Below, in pieces: positions 1 through 9,982 of a stretch of DNA of 64,000 nucleotides; the first letter of the stretch is position 1, and each line of letters opens with the position of its first letter. The notes under the pieces were generated by a model. That model was not told the origin of the DNA. It ran no database searches and worked only from the letters and a program-made list of their open reading frames with translations. This DNA is from an uncultured virus (IMG/VR IMGVR_UViG_3300027728_000568) (lineage: Duplodnaviria > Heunggongvirae > Uroviricota > Caudoviricetes), in IMG/VR virus record IMGVR_UViG_3300027728_000568; one strand, given 5' to 3'. Both the position numbers and the translations under genes were made by a program.

Positions 1-10
1 AATCAAGCCT

Positions 11-238
11 GTGCTGAGTGAAGCCAATAGCACACTGATTGCGTTGATCGATCGTATCCGTATGCTTGACAACGATCTTATTAGACTGCAACAAAAAGTC
101 AATGTCACACTGCAATTGCGTGGCAAAGTCATCGAAAGCGAACGTGTGCTAGCACAGCAGAAATTTGATTCCGAAGCTGAAACAAAATTCAAGAAGGCAG
201 CGGCGGAAGACTCCGACACTGCTGCTGGCAAAAGTTAA
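11..238 (+). CDS. Hypothetical coiled-coil protein, probably 5'-truncated by the window edge
   Basis: Open frame from the window start; its TAA overlaps the desaturase ATG (TAATG). Confidence 0.6.
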   Translation: MLSEANSTLIALIDRIRMLDNDLIRLQQKVNVTLQLRGKVIESERVLAQQKFDSEAETKFKKAAAEDSDTAAGKS

Positions 239-939
239 TGACATTACTCATAGCCACGCTGTTGATGACACATGCTACTATAGTTTGTGTTACACTTTAT
301 CTACACCGCAGTCAAACTCATAGATCAGTAGAATTCCATCCGCTTGTGGCGCATGGCATGCGCCTTTGGCTGTGGCTGTCAACTGGTATGGTCACACGCC
401 AATGGGTTGCTATACATCGTTCTCATCATCGGCACAGTGATCAATCTGACGATCCGCACTCGCCCCATGTGTGGGGTATTTGGCGTGTGCTGTTTGGTGG
501 TGCGTGGCTTTATAATCAAGCTGCTCAAGATAGTGCATTAGTTAAGCAATACGGAGTAGGCACTCCCGACGACTGGATTGAACGTAACCTGTATACTGCA
601 CATAGCCGCCTTGGTATTCTTTTGATGCTGATTATAGATTTATTGTTATTTGGGCCTTGGGGACTTATGGTGTGGGTCGTACAAATGCTATGGGTACCTT
701 TTCACGCCGCCGGAGTTATTAATGGATTAGCACATTGGTGGGGTTATAAAAATGGTCCCACCAAGGATCAAAGTCGTAACATCAGTCCCTGGGGAATATG
801 GATTGGTGGCGAGGAATTGCATTCTAATCATCACCAAGAACCAGCTAGTGCTAAATTAAGTCGCAAGTGGTTTGAATTTGACGAAGGTTGGATGTGGATC
901 TGTATTTTACGTTTTTTTAAACTTGCCAAAGTTCGTTAA
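238..939 (+). CDS. Membrane fatty acid (delta-9-type) desaturase
   Basis: Three His boxes HRSQTH, HRSHH, HSNHH; TM segments; GEELHxNHH and WFEFD motifs. Confidence 0.92.
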   Translation: MTLLIATLLMTHATIVCVTLYLHRSQTHRSVEFHPLVAHGMRLWLWLSTGMVTRQWVAIHRSHHRHSDQSDDPHSPHVWGIWRVLFGGAWLYNQAAQDSALVKQYGVGTPDDWIERNLYTAHSRLGILLMLIIDLLLFGPWGLMVWVVQMLWVPFHAAGVINGLAHWWGYKNGPTKDQSRNISPWGIWIGGEELHSNHHQEPASAKLSRKWFEFDEGWMWICILRFFKLAKVR

Positions 940-2991
940 TTATTTTTCGGTCGCTATCCATTCACCATTCCAATTGGACGGTAAGGCTTGCCGCTTCATA
1001 AAGTCGCAACGTTCCGTCCATATCTTATAATACTTGTCCATCTGTCCGCCAAAGTTTCCCTTTAGATCTGCACACATTACAGCAGCTTCGTCAAACTTTT
1101 TCTGTCGATACAAGGCATGCATCGCTTCGTGTTGTGCTTTGTCTTTAGAGTAATCTGTGCCTTTGGTGCGTAGAGCTGTATAGATCAAGTCTGCTACAGT
1201 TTTACCCTTTGGTTGTAAGTTATCTAGCAACAAATACAAGAAGTCATCTTTGGTTCTATTATATGTTTCGGCACCAATAATACATAGCACACCATATGCT
1301 TTGCAACGTGCTTCCAAACGTGCAGCGGTGCTCACCATGTCACCCAAGATGTCATAGCTGTGTCTTTCTGTTGATCCCATTTCACCAATAAAGCCAATAC
1401 CACTGTTACAACCCCAACCCATTGCAGCAGGTGGTAATCCCTGTGCTTCCATAACTTTGGTATACTCGTCTACCTTGTCTAGCATTTCAAGTCCTACCTT
1501 AACAATTGTTCGTGCGTGGTCAGGATCTTCAATAGGAGCACCGTGTATGTGCATTGATGCATCGCCCACATACTTGATGACCATACCTTGGTTGTCTAGC
1601 ATTGGCTGACTAATGGCATCCATATAACCGTTCATGTACTTGCCAAGTCCGGCAACGTCATCGCCATAGTATTCACCAATAGGAGTAAATCCACGCAAGT
1701 CGCTGAACATAACTGATACGTCTTTACGCACACCTCGCTTGATTAAGTCTGGATCTTTTTGTAGTAACTCTACTACTTCTTTGGAGCAGTAACCGGCAAA
1801 CTGTTTCTTTATGGCTTGCTTTTGCAAGAACTCGCTTAGAAACTTGATACCATAGGCATGCAGAGCGACCAAAGTTGTGCCAACTGCAAAGGCAGTAGCA
1901 TCGAATAAGAATAAAAAATTGCTGTAAGCAAGAATGCTGCCAGCAATACCGCCGCCCACAATAACCAAAACTGTCGCCATACCTGCATAAGTATACCTCG
2001 TCAAAAACAACAATGTTAGGCCAGCCAGAGCCATGGCCAATATCTCAGCACCGTCGGCCCAATCAGGCCGCACAATGCGACGTTCTGAAGTCAGGGTATC
2101 TAGTACAGCGGCCTGCAGATAATGCGGGAAGACCTCACCTCTTGCAGTGGCCACTGGGTTGTTGAGTCCCCGGGCGGATAAGCCCACAATGACGATTCCA
2201 CCTTGGAAATCTTTTGGCAAACTAGCCAAGGAGTGTTCTTGCGGTCGGGATGACCAATCCACCCAGATTCTACCAAGACTGTCTGTTGGGATTTTTCCAA
2301 ACTGTGGAATTCTAACTGCTTCAATAATTCCTGAGTTGACTCGAACTTGGAAAGAGGGGTCGCCTGCTGCAACTCGTAGGGTTTCAAGACTGATAGAGGG
2401 GTAGATCTGTTGTCCAACACTGACGACCATGGGGATTCTGCGAACGACACCGTCCAGTTCGGGCACAGTGTTAACAATACCAATACCAGCTGCTGTTTCA
2501 TTGATCTTCCTTTCGTTGGGTTGAATTGCCCGGTATGGTATGCCCGGTTCACCTGAACCAATCACGCTTACACCAGGTCTAAATGGCACAGTGTTGGTGC
2601 GCACTGGGTCATTGGTTGCGGTGTGTGGCAACACCACAGGATATTTTTGTAAGAGTTGCGCCAATTGCTGATCTTGACCTGCACGATCTGCGTCGGGCAT
2701 GAACACATTAAACACCACAAGACCTGCATTACGCTGATAGAGATCTTGAATTATTTGGGCGTATTGGCCCCGGGGAAAAGGAAACTGTCCACGCTGCTCA
2801 ATGGCCTGATCATCAATGTTCACTAGATGTACGCCAGAGCTGGCCGTGGTTGGTGTGCTGGTTATCACTGTGTCAAAGTAACGCAGCCTAACACTTTCTA
2901 CTAAGGCTGGATCTGCGATTCTAATGCCAACCATTATGGCTAGAGTTAGCAGCGCAGTCCAAGGGGATAACAGTAATTTTTTTACCACCAA
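940..2991 (-). CDS. CHASE2-domain class III adenylate/guanylate cyclase
   Basis: N-terminal TM; CHASE2 motifs (VNIDD, GQFPFPR, DGVVRRIP); 3 TM; catalytic FSDLRGFT, KYVGDA, GDMVSTAARLE. Confidence 0.92.
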   Translation of the reverse strand: MVVKKLLLSPWTALLTLAIMVGIRIADPALVESVRLRYFDTVITSTPTTASSGVHLVNIDDQAIEQRGQFPFPRGQYAQIIQDLYQRNAGLVVFNVFMPDADRAGQDQQLAQLLQKYPVVLPHTATNDPVRTNTVPFRPGVSVIGSGEPGIPYRAIQPNERKINETAAGIGIVNTVPELDGVVRRIPMVVSVGQQIYPSISLETLRVAAGDPSFQVRVNSGIIEAVRIPQFGKIPTDSLGRIWVDWSSRPQEHSLASLPKDFQGGIVIVGLSARGLNNPVATARGEVFPHYLQAAVLDTLTSERRIVRPDWADGAEILAMALAGLTLLFLTRYTYAGMATVLVIVGGGIAGSILAYSNFLFLFDATAFAVGTTLVALHAYGIKFLSEFLQKQAIKKQFAGYCSKEVVELLQKDPDLIKRGVRKDVSVMFSDLRGFTPIGEYYGDDVAGLGKYMNGYMDAISQPMLDNQGMVIKYVGDASMHIHGAPIEDPDHARTIVKVGLEMLDKVDEYTKVMEAQGLPPAAMGWGCNSGIGFIGEMGSTERHSYDILGDMVSTAARLEARCKAYGVLCIIGAETYNRTKDDFLYLLLDNLQPKGKTVADLIYTALRTKGTDYSKDKAQHEAMHALYRQKKFDEAAVMCADLKGNFGGQMDKYYKIWTERCDFMKRQALPSNWNGEWIATEK

Positions 2992-2995
2992 ATAT

Positions 2996-4150
2996 TTATC
3001 GTGGCAGGCCTCTTAAAATATCTATCATACGATGAGCTAAATTGCGAAACCATTTCTCATCGTGTCCACGGGTTGTTTCTGCGGCCACACCAATACGTAC
3101 ACCTGATGTTTCAGCAAAGCTACGAGTTTCGCCTGGTACACCATTTTTGTTTACGGTGATTCCTTGTGCTTCTAATTTATCAGCATACTCGCGACCACTC
3201 ATGGCATGATTACGCAGATCTACAGTGAACATATGACATTGTGTGCTGCCACTCACGATGTCAACTCCTGCATCTAGAAACGTTTGTGCCATGGCATGTG
3301 CGTTGATGCGAATACGTTTGGCATACAGTTTGAATTCTGGTTGTAGTGCTTCATAAAAGCACTGTGCCTTGCCAGCAATGATGTGCATGAGCGGACCACC
3401 CTGGGTTCCAGGAAACACTGCACCATTAATTTTCTTGCTAAGTTCATCGTCATTCCACATGATCATACCACCACGAGGACCGCGTAAAGTCTTATGTGTA
3501 GTTGTGGTTACAACGTGAGCATGAGGGAATGGACTTGGATATTCGCCGCCAGCAATCAATCCTGAATAGTGGCTGATATCTGCTAGTAAGACGGCACCAA
3601 CAGAGTCTGCAATTTCACGAAATCTCTTCCAATCAATCACTTGACTGTATGCACTAGCTCCAGCAATGATCATCTTAGGACGATTCCACTCGGCTAGTTT
3701 TTTGACTTCTTGATAGTTAATAAAACCATTTTCGCCTACACCATAACTAACAGGATCAAACCATGCGCCGCTGACATTTACGTTGGCACCGTGGCTCAAA
3801 TGCCCGCCACTGGCAAGATCCATTCCAAGAACGCAGTCACCTGGAGTCAATAATGCCTTGAACACTGCTAGGTTGGCATTAGCGCCTGAGTGTGGTTGCA
3901 CATTGGCAAATGAACAGCCAAACAACTTGGTAGCATATTCAATGGCAATGTTTTCAATCTTGTCAACATTGGCACATCCATTGTAGTATCGCTTGCCCGG
4001 CAAGCCTTCTGCATACTTGTTGGTTAAAATACTACCACACAATTCCATAACTGCATCACTAGTGTAGTTTTCACTGGCAATAAGTTCAATTGTATTTTCT
4101 TGTCTGATTGCTTCGTTGTTTAAAGCAATGTGAATTCTTGGATCTATCAT
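2996..4150 (-). CDS. glyA: Serine hydroxymethyltransferase
   Basis: IELIASENY, NKYAEG, PLP-lysine motif TTTTHKTLRGPRGG, FPGTQGGP. Confidence 0.97.
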   Translation of the reverse strand: MIDPRIHIALNNEAIRQENTIELIASENYTSDAVMELCGSILTNKYAEGLPGKRYYNGCANVDKIENIAIEYATKLFGCSFANVQPHSGANANLAVFKALLTPGDCVLGMDLASGGHLSHGANVNVSGAWFDPVSYGVGENGFINYQEVKKLAEWNRPKMIIAGASAYSQVIDWKRFREIADSVGAVLLADISHYSGLIAGGEYPSPFPHAHVVTTTTHKTLRGPRGGMIMWNDDELSKKINGAVFPGTQGGPLMHIIAGKAQCFYEALQPEFKLYAKRIRINAHAMAQTFLDAGVDIVSGSTQCHMFTVDLRNHAMSGREYADKLEAQGITVNKNGVPGETRSFAETSGVRIGVAAETTRGHDEKWFRNLAHRMIDILRGLPR

Positions 4151-4154
4151 ACTT

Positions 4155-4661
4155 TTAACTATTTAAAACCTTGGCAACACTATTCATCACACTAGCAATT
4201 CGACCAATGTCACGAAGTTGTTCGACAGTATAACCTTCTGTCTTCAATGTTTCGTAATGTGCTTTTACACAGAAGTGGCATTTACCAACAATACTGGCCG
4301 CTAGACTGAATGCTTCAAAGTTCGACTTGGTAGTTCCGCCATGGCTTGCGATAGCGTTCATTCTGAGTTGTGCCGGTAACCCCTTGAGAGCAGGATCATC
4401 TGCCATTTCGACGAATGGGTAAAAAATATTGTTCTGTGCCATAATACTAGCGGCTGTCATGGCAGCATCTGCATGAACAGGTGCGTCTGCTAGCATAACT
4501 GCAAGTACCTTACCGTTGCCAGTTGCAGCAAGTGCAGCCACCGCACAACCCATGGCCACATCTGCATCTAATGTACTACGTAGTAGCACAGCATCCAGAT
4601 TTAACTTGGTGTCCTTGGCATAGTCTGGCAATGCGCCTTTTACTGATTCAATAAAACTCAT
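4155..4661 (-). CDS. ahpD: Alkyl hydroperoxide reductase AhpD
   Basis: LPDYAKDTKLNL start; catalytic E..SLAASIVGKCHFCVKAH. Confidence 0.92.
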   Translation of the reverse strand: MSFIESVKGALPDYAKDTKLNLDAVLLRSTLDADVAMGCAVAALAATGNGKVLAVMLADAPVHADAAMTAASIMAQNNIFYPFVEMADDPALKGLPAQLRMNAIASHGGTTKSNFEAFSLAASIVGKCHFCVKAHYETLKTEGYTVEQLRDIGRIASVMNSVAKVLNS

Positions 4662-5293
4662 TCTTTTCTTCCTTCAATGGTATAAAACCAATCATCTCCA
4701 GCCGACCACTTGCGTGTACCATCAACTGTGAATATTGTCTGTGCGGCTTTAAAGTCTGGAAACTTAACATTACCCGAAATCAAACTTTGATCGTACCACA
4801 AACATCGATTGTTGGGTTGGCAGGCAAACTGACCATTTTCTAATTTAATAAAATTAAACGATTTGTGTTCTTCGGCAACTTCAGTAAAGCCTGTGTCTAC
4901 ATCCATGCCGTCGGCACAAAAATCCACAGTAAACAAATAAGTCCCGTGATGCCATTCCTTGTCTTTGCCCAAGAACTTAACACCTAAATTACGCAGACCT
5001 ATTTTTTCAATAATAGTAAAGCGGTAGCCCATGCAGTCCCAAAGCTGTAGGGTATCTATGGGCAAATTACCTGTGTAATTCTCTTGCCACACATACGCAT
5101 GAATAGGTAGCTTGTCGTACAGTGCTCCATAATTGGGTAACAGTGATTCAATTCGAAACACCTGTCCCCTAAGAGCTTTGAGACTGACCCATATTGCAGG
5201 TTCTAATTCACCGTGACCTTTTTCAAAGTTGTAAAGAAATTCACGTTTTATAAAACATTTAATCGGCGGCAAAGATCCTACAATATAACTCAT
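4658..5293 (-). CDS. Hypothetical protein
   Basis: 211-aa ORF coupled by ATGA overlaps to both neighbours. Confidence 0.75.
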   Translation of the reverse strand: MSYIVGSLPPIKCFIKREFLYNFEKGHGELEPAIWVSLKALRGQVFRIESLLPNYGALYDKLPIHAYVWQENYTGNLPIDTLQLWDCMGYRFTIIEKIGLRNLGVKFLGKDKEWHHGTYLFTVDFCADGMDVDTGFTEVAEEHKSFNFIKLENGQFACQPNNRCLWYDQSLISGNVKFPDFKAAQTIFTVDGTRKWSAGDDWFYTIEGRKE

Positions 5294-5982
5294 TCTTTTC
5301 TATCGCCAAATAATTGTAACAAGTTAATAAACAAGTTGATGAAGTCCATGTACAGAGTCAATGCACCACGCACTTCTGCGCTATCACTGGTCTCAGTACT
5401 AAGTTCCTCACGAATCTTTTGTGTGTCATAGGCAGTTAGGCCAAGAAAGATAACGATAGCCAATGCTGAAATTACCATCTGCATCACAGTTGAGCCAATA
5501 AAAATATTAACAATACTAGCAATAACAATAGCAATCAATCCAACAATCATAAACTTACCCATGCTGTCTAGGCTTTGTTTAGTAAAGTAGCCGTAACCAC
5601 TCATGACACCAAACAAGATAGCTGCACCCATAAATGAGCTTACAATGCTACCCATATTGAATACAGCAAAAATTGTAGCAAAGCTCAATCCCATTAGGGC
5701 CGCAAAGCCATGTAAGCATAACTGTGCCACGCCTTTACTGGGATTATTGCCTAGCACATAGCTGACACCAAAGATTGCCGCTAGTGGAGCAAAAATAACA
5801 ACCCATTTTAACACACCTGTAAAAAAGAATTGTAGTAACTCTGGGCTAGAACCCACAAAATAGCTCACAAACATTGATACAATCACAGCAAGGCTCATGT
5901 GTCCGTAGACCCGACACATTGCTGAGTTGATTTCGCTTGCAGAACGATATGATCTTTCGTTTTCATAAGTTGTTTCAAACAT
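5290..5982 (-). CDS. Bax inhibitor-1/YccA family membrane protein
   Basis: About 7 TM helices; YDTQKI and GALTLYMDFINLF motifs; AAGGAG RBS. Confidence 0.92.
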   Translation of the reverse strand: MFETTYENERSYRSASEINSAMCRVYGHMSLAVIVSMFVSYFVGSSPELLQFFFTGVLKWVVIFAPLAAIFGVSYVLGNNPSKGVAQLCLHGFAALMGLSFATIFAVFNMGSIVSSFMGAAILFGVMSGYGYFTKQSLDSMGKFMIVGLIAIVIASIVNIFIGSTVMQMVISALAIVIFLGLTAYDTQKIREELSTETSDSAEVRGALTLYMDFINLFINLLQLFGDRKE

Positions 5983-5992
5983 AAGTTTCTCC

Positions 5993-6613
5993 TTAAAATT
6001 TACCAGATGCTAATACGATTTGACAAATATGTTCTAATCGTTCAATGTGTTCAAACGCACGCCATGGGCTGGTATCGATTGCAACAACACCGTGACCTTT
6101 GATACCCACAATGTCATAGGCAATATTACCACGGTCATCTAATTCCAACCGATAATGGCACTGATCAGCAAGTTCTTGGCTGATTGGTTTCACGTCACCT
6201 ACATTAGGTGCTACCTTGGTATAACGACTAAGTTCAGGAAAGTCATCAACAATAGTACTCAGATCAATGCCGGCATGCATAGCCGCAACACAATAGGTAG
6301 GATGCAAGTGAACTACTACTCGAACATCATTGCTATGTTGACCCATTGCTCTCTGTAATCCAAAATGTAATGGAAGTTCTCCACTGGGATTTAGATTAGC
6401 ACTAATGTCAGTGTAGAAATCTTCTTGCCATAACAGCCCATGAATACTGATCTTTTTAAATTGGTCAGGTTGTAGTGTCTGTTTACGGACGCCACTGGGT
6501 GTGATATAAAAGTGATCACGGTCGTGATGACGAATACTTACATTACCATCACGACTAGTAATCCAATTGCGTTTATATGCCTCGACTAGAGTATCACAAA
6601 TAGTTTCTAACAT
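5993..6613 (-). CDS. Class II aldolase/adducin family protein
   Basis: DGNVS, ITPSG, PSGELPLH, HLHP, GHGVV metal-binding motifs; start moved to MLETIC. Confidence 0.88.
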   Translation of the reverse strand: MLETICDTLVEAYKRNWITSRDGNVSIRHHDRDHFYITPSGVRKQTLQPDQFKKISIHGLLWQEDFYTDISANLNPSGELPLHFGLQRAMGQHSNDVRVVVHLHPTYCVAAMHAGIDLSTIVDDFPELSRYTKVAPNVGDVKPISQELADQCHYRLELDDRGNIAYDIVGIKGHGVVAIDTSPWRAFEHIERLEHICQIVLASGKF

Positions 6614-6809
6614 AATTATTTTCCGTATTGTTTTTTGGCAAATCATTTGCCAGGGCATCCTCGTAAGTCAGTGATGGATCGTTCCAGATGTTACAATTAT
6701 TCCACTCACGAATCCTGGCCAATCTCTCCGCGTCAGTCAGTTCATAACATCTAGGGTTACGATCTGGCTGACGAAGTGTATCAATGCCTCTACTTAGAAG
6801 CCTGAACAT
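6594..6809 (-). CDS. Small hypothetical protein
   Basis: Fills the gap between ahpC and the aldolase; ATG abuts the ahpC stop. Confidence 0.55.
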   Translation of the reverse strand: MFRLLSRGIDTLRQPDRNPRCYELTDAERLARIREWNNCNIWNDPSLTYEDALANDLPKNNTENNYVRNYL

Positions 6810-7349
6810 TTAGAGAGTCTCGCCGCCCACTGTACGGTTACAGGCACACAGTTCGCCAGTTTGTAGCGCATCTAATACACGAAGTGTTTCGTCCGGACTA
6901 CGACCAACATTCAAGTTGTTCACAGTAACGTGTTGGATAACGTTGTCTGGGTCAACAATGAATGTGGCGCGAAGTGCGGCACCTGCTGGAGCATAGAATA
7001 CGCCGAGTTGTTCAATCAAGCTCAACTCACCACGCTGTGTGTCTGCGAATTGTGTGTGGGTGATTTTCTTTAGATCTGCGTGAGCATTTTGCCAGCTAAC
7101 TTTACAGAACTCATTGTCTGTTGAACCTGTTAGCAATACTGCGTCACGGTCAGCAAAATCGCTAGCCAACTTGTCATACGCAACAATCTCTGTAGGACAT
7201 ACAAAAGTAAAGTCCTTGGGATAGTATACGATAATTTTCCACTTGCCTTCAAAGCTTTTCTCCGAGATATCGAAAAATGCATCTTCTGGTTGCCCGGGAC
7301 GAACGCCGGTGACTACGAATGCATCAAGTTTATCGCCAACTGTTTTCAT
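6810..7349 (-). CDS. ahpC: Peroxiredoxin AhpC
   Basis: YPKDFTFVCPTEI, RATFIVDPD, GELCAC; AAGGAG RBS. Confidence 0.96.
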   Translation of the reverse strand: MKTVGDKLDAFVVTGVRPGQPEDAFFDISEKSFEGKWKIIVYYPKDFTFVCPTEIVAYDKLASDFADRDAVLLTGSTDNEFCKVSWQNAHADLKKITHTQFADTQRGELSLIEQLGVFYAPAGAALRATFIVDPDNVIQHVTVNNLNVGRSPDETLRVLDALQTGELCACNRTVGGETL

Positions 7350-7463
7350 ATTTTCTCCTTAATTTAAAAATGAATTCCAATTAAGTATTATACACTTACA
7401 ATAGTAATTATCAAAAGATTCTGGCAAAATTGTTAAATTTTTATGACTTGGCAACTATGGCAT

Positions 7464-7736
7464 TTACCAACCAGATTTTTCTCGGGCCTCAATTTCAAGA
7501 GGATTAGCGTGATAGCCAAATCGCAGATTATACCAAAGATACACTAAAGTGAATTTTACTGCGCCTAGCCGTTGAATTTGTTCAATGTGTACAGCTTCGT
7601 GATCTAAAAGTTTTTGATACTGTGGACCCACTCGATCTGGACGAAGATACACAGTTTGCCAAGGCATGGTTATAGCACCATAATCAAATGTTTCTAGAAA
7701 CCAACGAATTGGACCTGTTGCTGTTTTTGTTTTCAT
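7464..7736 (-). CDS. Small HExxH zinc-metallopeptidase-like protein
   Basis: LDHEAVHIEQ plus downstream NPLEIEA; TAAATA 5 nt upstream of ATG. Confidence 0.65.
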   Translation of the reverse strand: MKTKTATGPIRWFLETFDYGAITMPWQTVYLRPDRVGPQYQKLLDHEAVHIEQIQRLGAVKFTLVYLWYNLRFGYHANPLEIEAREKSGW

Positions 7737-7753
7737 AAAAATATTTATCGTGA

Positions 7754-7951
7754 TCATTCAAAAGAAAACTTACTACTGCATCCCAAATCCTGTTCAGAGT
7801 TTTTGTCAATATCTTTAGAGATAATGTCATACACTTGTGTGTATGTGTGGGTAATTTTGTCTAGCTGTTGTTCGGTAACCAAATTATTATCTTCCAAAAT
7901 AGCTAAGTCTTTAGCTAAGTTTTCTTGTAATTTTTTTAGTTGGTTGACCAT
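7754..7951 (-). CDS. Small hypothetical protein
   Basis: Preceded by TATAAATA; helical composition. Confidence 0.5.
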   Translation of the reverse strand: MVNQLKKLQENLAKDLAILEDNNLVTEQQLDKITHTYTQVYDIISKDIDKNSEQDLGCSSKFSFE

Positions 7952-7959
7952 GTATATAT

Positions 7960-8961
7960 TTATACAGGATTTTTGTCAACCAAATTGTCGCGGAATATTT
8001 CCCAAGCTCGTTGCCATGACCATTTTTGGCTACCTTCTAATACTCGTTCTCTATTCAATACAATACAGCGATGAACCGCAGTGGCTAAATCTTCTTCCAA
8101 GTATCCAGTCACTCCCTGCTCAACCACATCCTCGGGACCTTGCACAGGATATGCTGCAACCGGTGTGCCACAGGCCATTGCTTCAATCATTACAATACCA
8201 AATGTTTCCCACTGACTAGGGAATACAAACACATCGGCCTGTCTATAGTAGTCGGCCAATTCTTTACCAGTTTTATATCCTACAAATTCAACATCAGGGT
8301 ACTGGTGTCGATATGTTTCCAACATAGGTCCATCACCCACCATGACTTTACAATAACCTGGGTAGTCTAGCTTAAAGAAATCTTCTAAGTTTTTTTCTTT
8401 AGAAACTCTACTAACACACAACAGAGTGCCAGTGTTAGTATAAGAATTGCTAGGATAGAAAATATCTCTATCAACACCTCTTGTCCAAGATATAATATCT
8501 CCATCAAATCCATGATCACGCAACTCCTTTACCATTGAGTCTGTAGTGGTCAGCACTTTACCACTGTGTTTGTGAAACCAACGCACTAAAGGCCAAGTAA
8601 GGACCTCAGGTATTCCAAACAGCTTCTTAATTCCTTCTGGAAATTTAGTATGATAAGCAGTATTGTAGCAATAACCGTGTTTGTCAAGATATTGTCTAGC
8701 ACACAGACCCACAGGACCTTCGGTGGCGATGTGGATATGATCCGGATTGATCTCCTCAAGTATCTGGCCCATCTTCCAGGGAAAGGCAATCTTGACTTCG
8801 TTGTAGCCAGGGCAATCAACATAGCGGAACCGCCCGGGATCAAGATATACAACACGATAGTTGTCGCGAATCGCACACGTCTCAATATTTTTGTAGGTCG
8901 TGGCCACACCATTGATCTGCTCCGGTAAATTATCTGTGACTATCAGTATTGTTTTTGACAT
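7960..8961 (-). CDS. GT4 glycosyltransferase, Agt-like diacylglycerol glycosyltransferase candidate
   Basis: ILIVTD..PEQINGV, HIATEGPVG, VSRVSKEKN, ETFGIVMIEAMACGTPV; lies downstream of a PlcP-like gene. Confidence 0.88.
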   Translation of the reverse strand: MSKTILIVTDNLPEQINGVATTYKNIETCAIRDNYRVVYLDPGRFRYVDCPGYNEVKIAFPWKMGQILEEINPDHIHIATEGPVGLCARQYLDKHGYCYNTAYHTKFPEGIKKLFGIPEVLTWPLVRWFHKHSGKVLTTTDSMVKELRDHGFDGDIISWTRGVDRDIFYPSNSYTNTGTLLCVSRVSKEKNLEDFFKLDYPGYCKVMVGDGPMLETYRHQYPDVEFVGYKTGKELADYYRQADVFVFPSQWETFGIVMIEAMACGTPVAAYPVQGPEDVVEQGVTGYLEEDLATAVHRCIVLNRERVLEGSQKWSWQRAWEIFRDNLVDKNPV

Positions 8962-9119
8962 TTGCCTTCTACCTTAAAACTTTCAAACTTTAACTGCCAC
9001 TTCATTGTGGCCAGTGCTTGTTCGCATATGTGTTGACTGGGAAATTGTAGTTCTATTCTCCCTGGAGTGTCTTTGGGATTGTTTATGTGAACTGCTATCA
9101 ATATCATCAACCACATCAT
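8943..9119 (-). CDS. 58-aa protein missing from the ORF track (MMWLMILIAVHINNPKDTPGRIELQFPSQHICEQALATMKWQLKFESFKVEGKCQKQY)
   Basis: AAGGAG RBS 4 nt before the first ATG and 7 nt before the second; hydrophobic N-terminus; two Cys; overlaps the low-complexity tail of the phosphoesterase and the GT4 start. Confidence 0.65.
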   Translation of the reverse strand: MMWLMILIAVHINNPKDTPGRIELQFPSQHICEQALATMKWQLKFESFKVEGKCQKQY

Positions 9120-9870
9120 CTCGCTCCTTGGACCAAGTTACTATTTCCCATTTACCATCATGATGTTCTACCAATGCGGTACAACTTTCTACCCAGTCAC
9201 CGTCGTTCATATAAATGATACCGTCTATGTCTTTGATCTCTGCGTGGTGTATGTGACCACAGATCACGCCATCAAACCCACGCTTTTTACAATAGCCTGC
9301 TAGATTCTTTTCAAATTGAAATATAAAATCCACAGCTTTCTTTACTCTATGCTTTAGATACTTACTTAAACTCCAATAACCAAATCCCATCTTATGTCGG
9401 CCCCAGTTAAACTTACTGTTGAGATTGAGTACAAAATCGTATAATTTGTCTCCCAAGAATCCCAGCCAAGGAGCTAGTCGTGTAATGCCATCGAACAAAT
9501 CACCGTGAATCACTAAGTAGTGACGACCGTCTACACCTATATGTTCAAATTGATTGTGTATTTCTACTAGACCAAAACTAAACCCATATGGTAACATAGG
9601 TCTAAGAAACTCATCATGGTTACCAGCTATGTAGATAACTCTAGTACCACGTTTAGCATGACCAAGTACTCTACGAACTACATTAGTATGACTTTGTTTC
9701 CAACGCCATTTGTTTTGCTGTATTCTCCAAGCATCAATGATATCACCCACGAGATACAATGTATCGCAGGTGTTGTGCTTGAGGAAATTATTCAATGCTT
9801 CGGCTTTGCAATCTTTGGTGCCAAGATGTACATCACTGATTGCTATGGTTCTATAAGTTTTGGTTGTCAT
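8983..9870 (-). CDS. PlcP-like metallophosphoesterase (LpxH superfamily; phospholipase C candidate)
   Basis: ISDVHLG, LVGDIID, GNHDE, HGDLFD, ICGHIH, NDGDWVESCTA; start moved to MTTKTY. Confidence 0.88.
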   Translation of the reverse strand: MTTKTYRTIAISDVHLGTKDCKAEALNNFLKHNTCDTLYLVGDIIDAWRIQQNKWRWKQSHTNVVRRVLGHAKRGTRVIYIAGNHDEFLRPMLPYGFSFGLVEIHNQFEHIGVDGRHYLVIHGDLFDGITRLAPWLGFLGDKLYDFVLNLNSKFNWGRHKMGFGYWSLSKYLKHRVKKAVDFIFQFEKNLAGYCKKRGFDGVICGHIHHAEIKDIDGIIYMNDGDWVESCTALVEHHDGKWEIVTWSKERDDVVDDIDSSSHKQSQRHSRENRTTISQSTHMRTSTGHNEVAVKV

Positions 9871-9916
9871 AGTTGTTGTATTTGTTATTATAATGCAAAC
9901 CCACAAATTAAAAACT

Positions 9917-9938
9917 AAAAAAGGACCAGTTGGTCCTT
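9917..9938 (-). terminator. Intrinsic terminator downstream of pstS
   Basis: Minus strand AAGGACCA-AC-TGGTCC followed by T6. Confidence 0.65.
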
Positions 9939-9982
9939 AGTACTGGTTACGAGTTCCAGCCACACTCTATCGTTGTGTGCGG

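Noticed and set aside
9940..9982. Riboswitch between pstS and the PlcP-like gene
   Set aside because: Only short weak hairpins before a terminator; no recognisable aptamer
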